Assembly: GCA_965215335.1 (NCBI GenBank) | Contig: CBDCDA010000001.1 | Span: 128,001-192,000 of the forward strand | Direction of reading: 5' to 3' | DNA from: an uncultured Candidatus Entotheonella sp. | Lineage (GTDB): Bacteria; Tectomicrobia; Entotheonellia; Entotheonellales; Entotheonellaceae | DNA length: 64,000 nt | Notes under the pieces: generated by a model | What the model saw: the letters and a program-made list of their open reading frames with translations, nothing else | Told to the model about the DNA's origin: nothing | Databases searched by the model: none | In this document: one piece after another, positions 61,684-64,000 of the stretch | How the letters are laid out: the number at the start of each line of letters is the position of its first letter | How positions within the stretch are numbered: position 1 is the first letter of the stretch | Translations under genes and position numbers: made by a program

Positions 61684-61890
61684 TTGCCAGGAGGCGATCC
61701 CAACAGACTGGCCGGGCATCAAAGGACCTGACGAAACTGCGGCAGATCCGCAAGAAAGAGACACCCCGCATTGCAGAACACACGCGGCGCCATGGCCGCG
61801 AGAAACAACCCGTACATCCCATTGTTCCTTATCAACACGGTGCCATCATTGCCGCCTCTGAGCGGGACGTGAGCAGAAGGGAGAGGCTTC

Positions 61891-63342
61891 ATGCCGGCAC
61901 GCACGGGGCAGGACTACATCACCGGGTTGCGAGAACAGCCGCGCGAGGTCTGGCTGCGGGGCGAGCGGATCACGGACGTCACCACGCACCCGGCGTTGCG
62001 CCGAGGTGTGCAGGCTGTCGCCGCCCTCTACGACGTGCAATCCCGCGCCGACCTGCGGGACGAAATGACCTACGTGTCACCGGCCACCGGCGACCGGGTG
62101 GGGTACTCCTTCATTATCCCGCAGACCCTGCTCGAACTCCGGCAGCGCGGCAGGATGATGAGGCGCTGGGCGCGCACCGGGTGCGGCATGCTGGGGCGCT
62201 CGCCGGATTTTCTGAACGTCAATTTTGCCGCCTGGGGTGCCGCAGCGGACTATTTCGCCCAGAATCGTCCGCCCTTCAAGACGCACGTGCGGCAGTACTA
62301 CGAGTACATCCGGGAAAACGACCTGACCCTGACCCATGCCCTGATCAACCTGCAACGCCGGCGTACCCCGGGTCAATCCCAGTTGTCCGAGGGTGTGGGG
62401 CTGCGCGTGATGCGGGAGACGGACGCCGGTCTGGTGCTGCAGGGCTCGCGCATTCTGGCGACGCTCGGGCCGATTGCCGATGAAATCGCCGTCTACTCAC
62501 CCCGCTTCGGGGCCGGAAACGCCGCCGGGTCGGAAGCCTACGTGCTCAATTTCGCCATTCCCTGCAGCACGCCGGGGGTCAAATTCCTGTGCCGCGAGAG
62601 TTTCGACATGGGGCGCTCCCGCTTCGACCATCCCCTGGGCTCGCGCTTCGAGGAGATGGACGCCACGGTTTTCTTCGACGACGTGCTCGTGCCCTGGGAA
62701 CGGGTATTCTTGCTGGGGGACGCGGAGTTGCTCAACGACATGCCGCGCGCCACCCATTCGTCGGTACACACGGCCCATCAGGGGGCGGTCAAGAACGTGG
62801 CGAAGAGCGAGTTCGTGCTGGGCGTGGCGCTACTCATGGCGCGCACGCTGGGCTCGGAGGAGCTGCCGCAGGTGAAGGAGCGTCTGGCCGAGCTGATGAC
62901 CTACACGGAGGTCATGAAAGCCTCCCTGCGTGCTGCCGAGGCGGACGCGCGGCGCGACCAGTGGGGGGTGATGTGTCCCGACGAGCTGCCGCTGGAAGCC
63001 ATCCGCACGCTGTTCATGAGCGTCTATCCGCGCATGGTGGAAATCCTGCAACTCCTGGGGGCGAGCAGCTTCATGGCCCTGCCGTCTGAAGCGGATTTCG
63101 AGACGCCGCTGGGCGCGGAAATCGAGCGGTATCTGGCTACCGATACGGCCTCCGCTCGGGAGCGGGTCCAGCTGTTCCACCTGGCGTGGGACGTCGCCTG
63201 CAGCGCGTTTGGGGGACGGCAGGTGCTCTACGAGCGGTTTTTCGCCGGCGACCCGCTGGCCCGCGCCGGTTTCCTGTACGGTCTGTATCCCAAAGAGCCG
63301 TTGATGGAGCGTATCCGAGAGTTTCTTGGTCGGGATGAGTAA
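61891..63342 (+). CDS. Second HpaB-family flavin monooxygenase oxygenase
   Basis: GRSPDF, HPLGSRFEEMD, RQVLYERFF; paralog of 8904-10352. Confidence 0.9.
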   Translation: MPARTGQDYITGLREQPREVWLRGERITDVTTHPALRRGVQAVAALYDVQSRADLRDEMTYVSPATGDRVGYSFIIPQTLLELRQRGRMMRRWARTGCGMLGRSPDFLNVNFAAWGAAADYFAQNRPPFKTHVRQYYEYIRENDLTLTHALINLQRRRTPGQSQLSEGVGLRVMRETDAGLVLQGSRILATLGPIADEIAVYSPRFGAGNAAGSEAYVLNFAIPCSTPGVKFLCRESFDMGRSRFDHPLGSRFEEMDATVFFDDVLVPWERVFLLGDAELLNDMPRATHSSVHTAHQGAVKNVAKSEFVLGVALLMARTLGSEELPQVKERLAELMTYTEVMKASLRAAEADARRDQWGVMCPDELPLEAIRTLFMSVYPRMVEILQLLGASSFMALPSEADFETPLGAEIERYLATDTASARERVQLFHLAWDVACSAFGGRQVLYERFFAGDPLARAGFLYGLYPKEPLMERIREFLGRDE

Positions 63343-63360
63343 CGCAACAAGGAGGCACAC

Positions 63361-64000
63361 ATGGAACGCGTGACCCAACTCGGGTATCTGGGTATCGGGG
63401 TAAGTGACGTTGGCGCCTGGGAACGCTTTGCGACCCAGACGCTCGGCTTGCAAGCGCACGAGCCGGACGCCGATGGCACCTTGTTCCTCAAAATGGACGA
63501 GTACCATCACCGCTTCGCCCTGCGCGCCAACGGGCATGACGACATCGACTACGTGGGCTGGGAGGTCGCCGACGAGCATGCCCTCGAGGCGATGCGGGCG
63601 CAACTGGAAGCGGCAGGGGTCGAGGTGACGACCGGCGCCGCCGATCTGGCGGCGCAGCGGCGGGTCGTGGACCTGATTGCGTTCGACGACCCGGACGGTG
63701 TGCATACGGAGGTCTTCTACGGGCCGCTGGTGAACTACGACCAGCCCTTCGCCTCGCCGCGCGCCATCTCCGGCTTCGAGACCGGCACGCAGGGGCTGGG
63801 GCACATCGTGCTGGTGGTGGAGGACGTGGCGAAAAGCCTGCACTTCTACCGCGACGTGCTCGGCATGCGCATCAGCGATTTCGTGCAGACCTCCAGGATG
63901 GCCCCCGCCGGCAGCGCCTCGCGGCGCATGGCGTTCTTCCACTGCAACCCGCGCCACCACTCGCTGGCCTTCCTGGCCGCGTCGATCAAGCCGCGCCTGC
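63361..64000 (+). CDS. Extradiol ring-cleavage dioxygenase (BphC/HsaC-like VOC), partial
   Basis: Not in the ORF track; translated by hand. VTQLGYLGI, MDEYHHR, GLGHIVL, FFHCNPRHHSLA; AAGGAGG RBS. Confidence 0.9.
   Translation, partial: MERVTQLGYLGIGVSDVGAWERFATQTLGLQAHEPDADGTLFLKMDEYHHRFALRANGHDDIDYVGWEVADEHALEAMRAQLEAAGVEVTTGAADLAAQRRVVDLIAFDDPDGVHTEVFYGPLVNYDQPFASPRAISGFETGTQGLGHIVLVVEDVAKSLHFYRDVLGMRISDFVQTSRMAPAGSASRRMAFFHCNPRHHSLAFLAASIKPRL

Overview
GC-rich bacterial chromosomal segment, mostly metabolic and transport genes, interrupted by three accessory patches. Core content: a Tat-exported Fe-S protein with a tetraheme cytochrome c, two HpaB-like monooxygenases (one followed by an extradiol dioxygenase), three acyl-CoA dehydrogenases, modABC, a sugar-type ABC transporter, a TRAP transporter, three luciferase-like oxidoreductases, msrA, an EndoQ-UvrD fusion, an NhaD antiporter, a fused trehalose-6-phosphate synthase/phosphatase, an HtrA protease, tRNA-Thr(CGT) and lutABC. 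Patch 1 (about 1.5-8.8 kb) is a type III R-M locus whose res gene has one in-frame amber stop, followed by an IS5/IS427-group element. Patch 2 (about 17.9-23 kb) holds a dead IS66-family transposase and a lower-GC R-M system: an M-S fused N6 methylase facing a controller gene and a PD-(D/E)xK nuclease. Patch 3 (about 39.5-43.5 kb) lies between dctM and dctP and holds a coiled-coil gene, higBA, brnT and reverse transcriptase remnants, a 203-bp duplicate of the dctM 3' end and decayed IS5 pieces. Best leads: a PAS domain inserted inside NhaD, the AhdI-like R-M system, the RT remnant fused to the dctM duplicate, a TPS fusion with a degenerate phosphatase, and a dispersed family of small membrane-anchored coiled-coil proteins. 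All calls rest on reading motifs by eye; no database searches were run and the organism is not identified.
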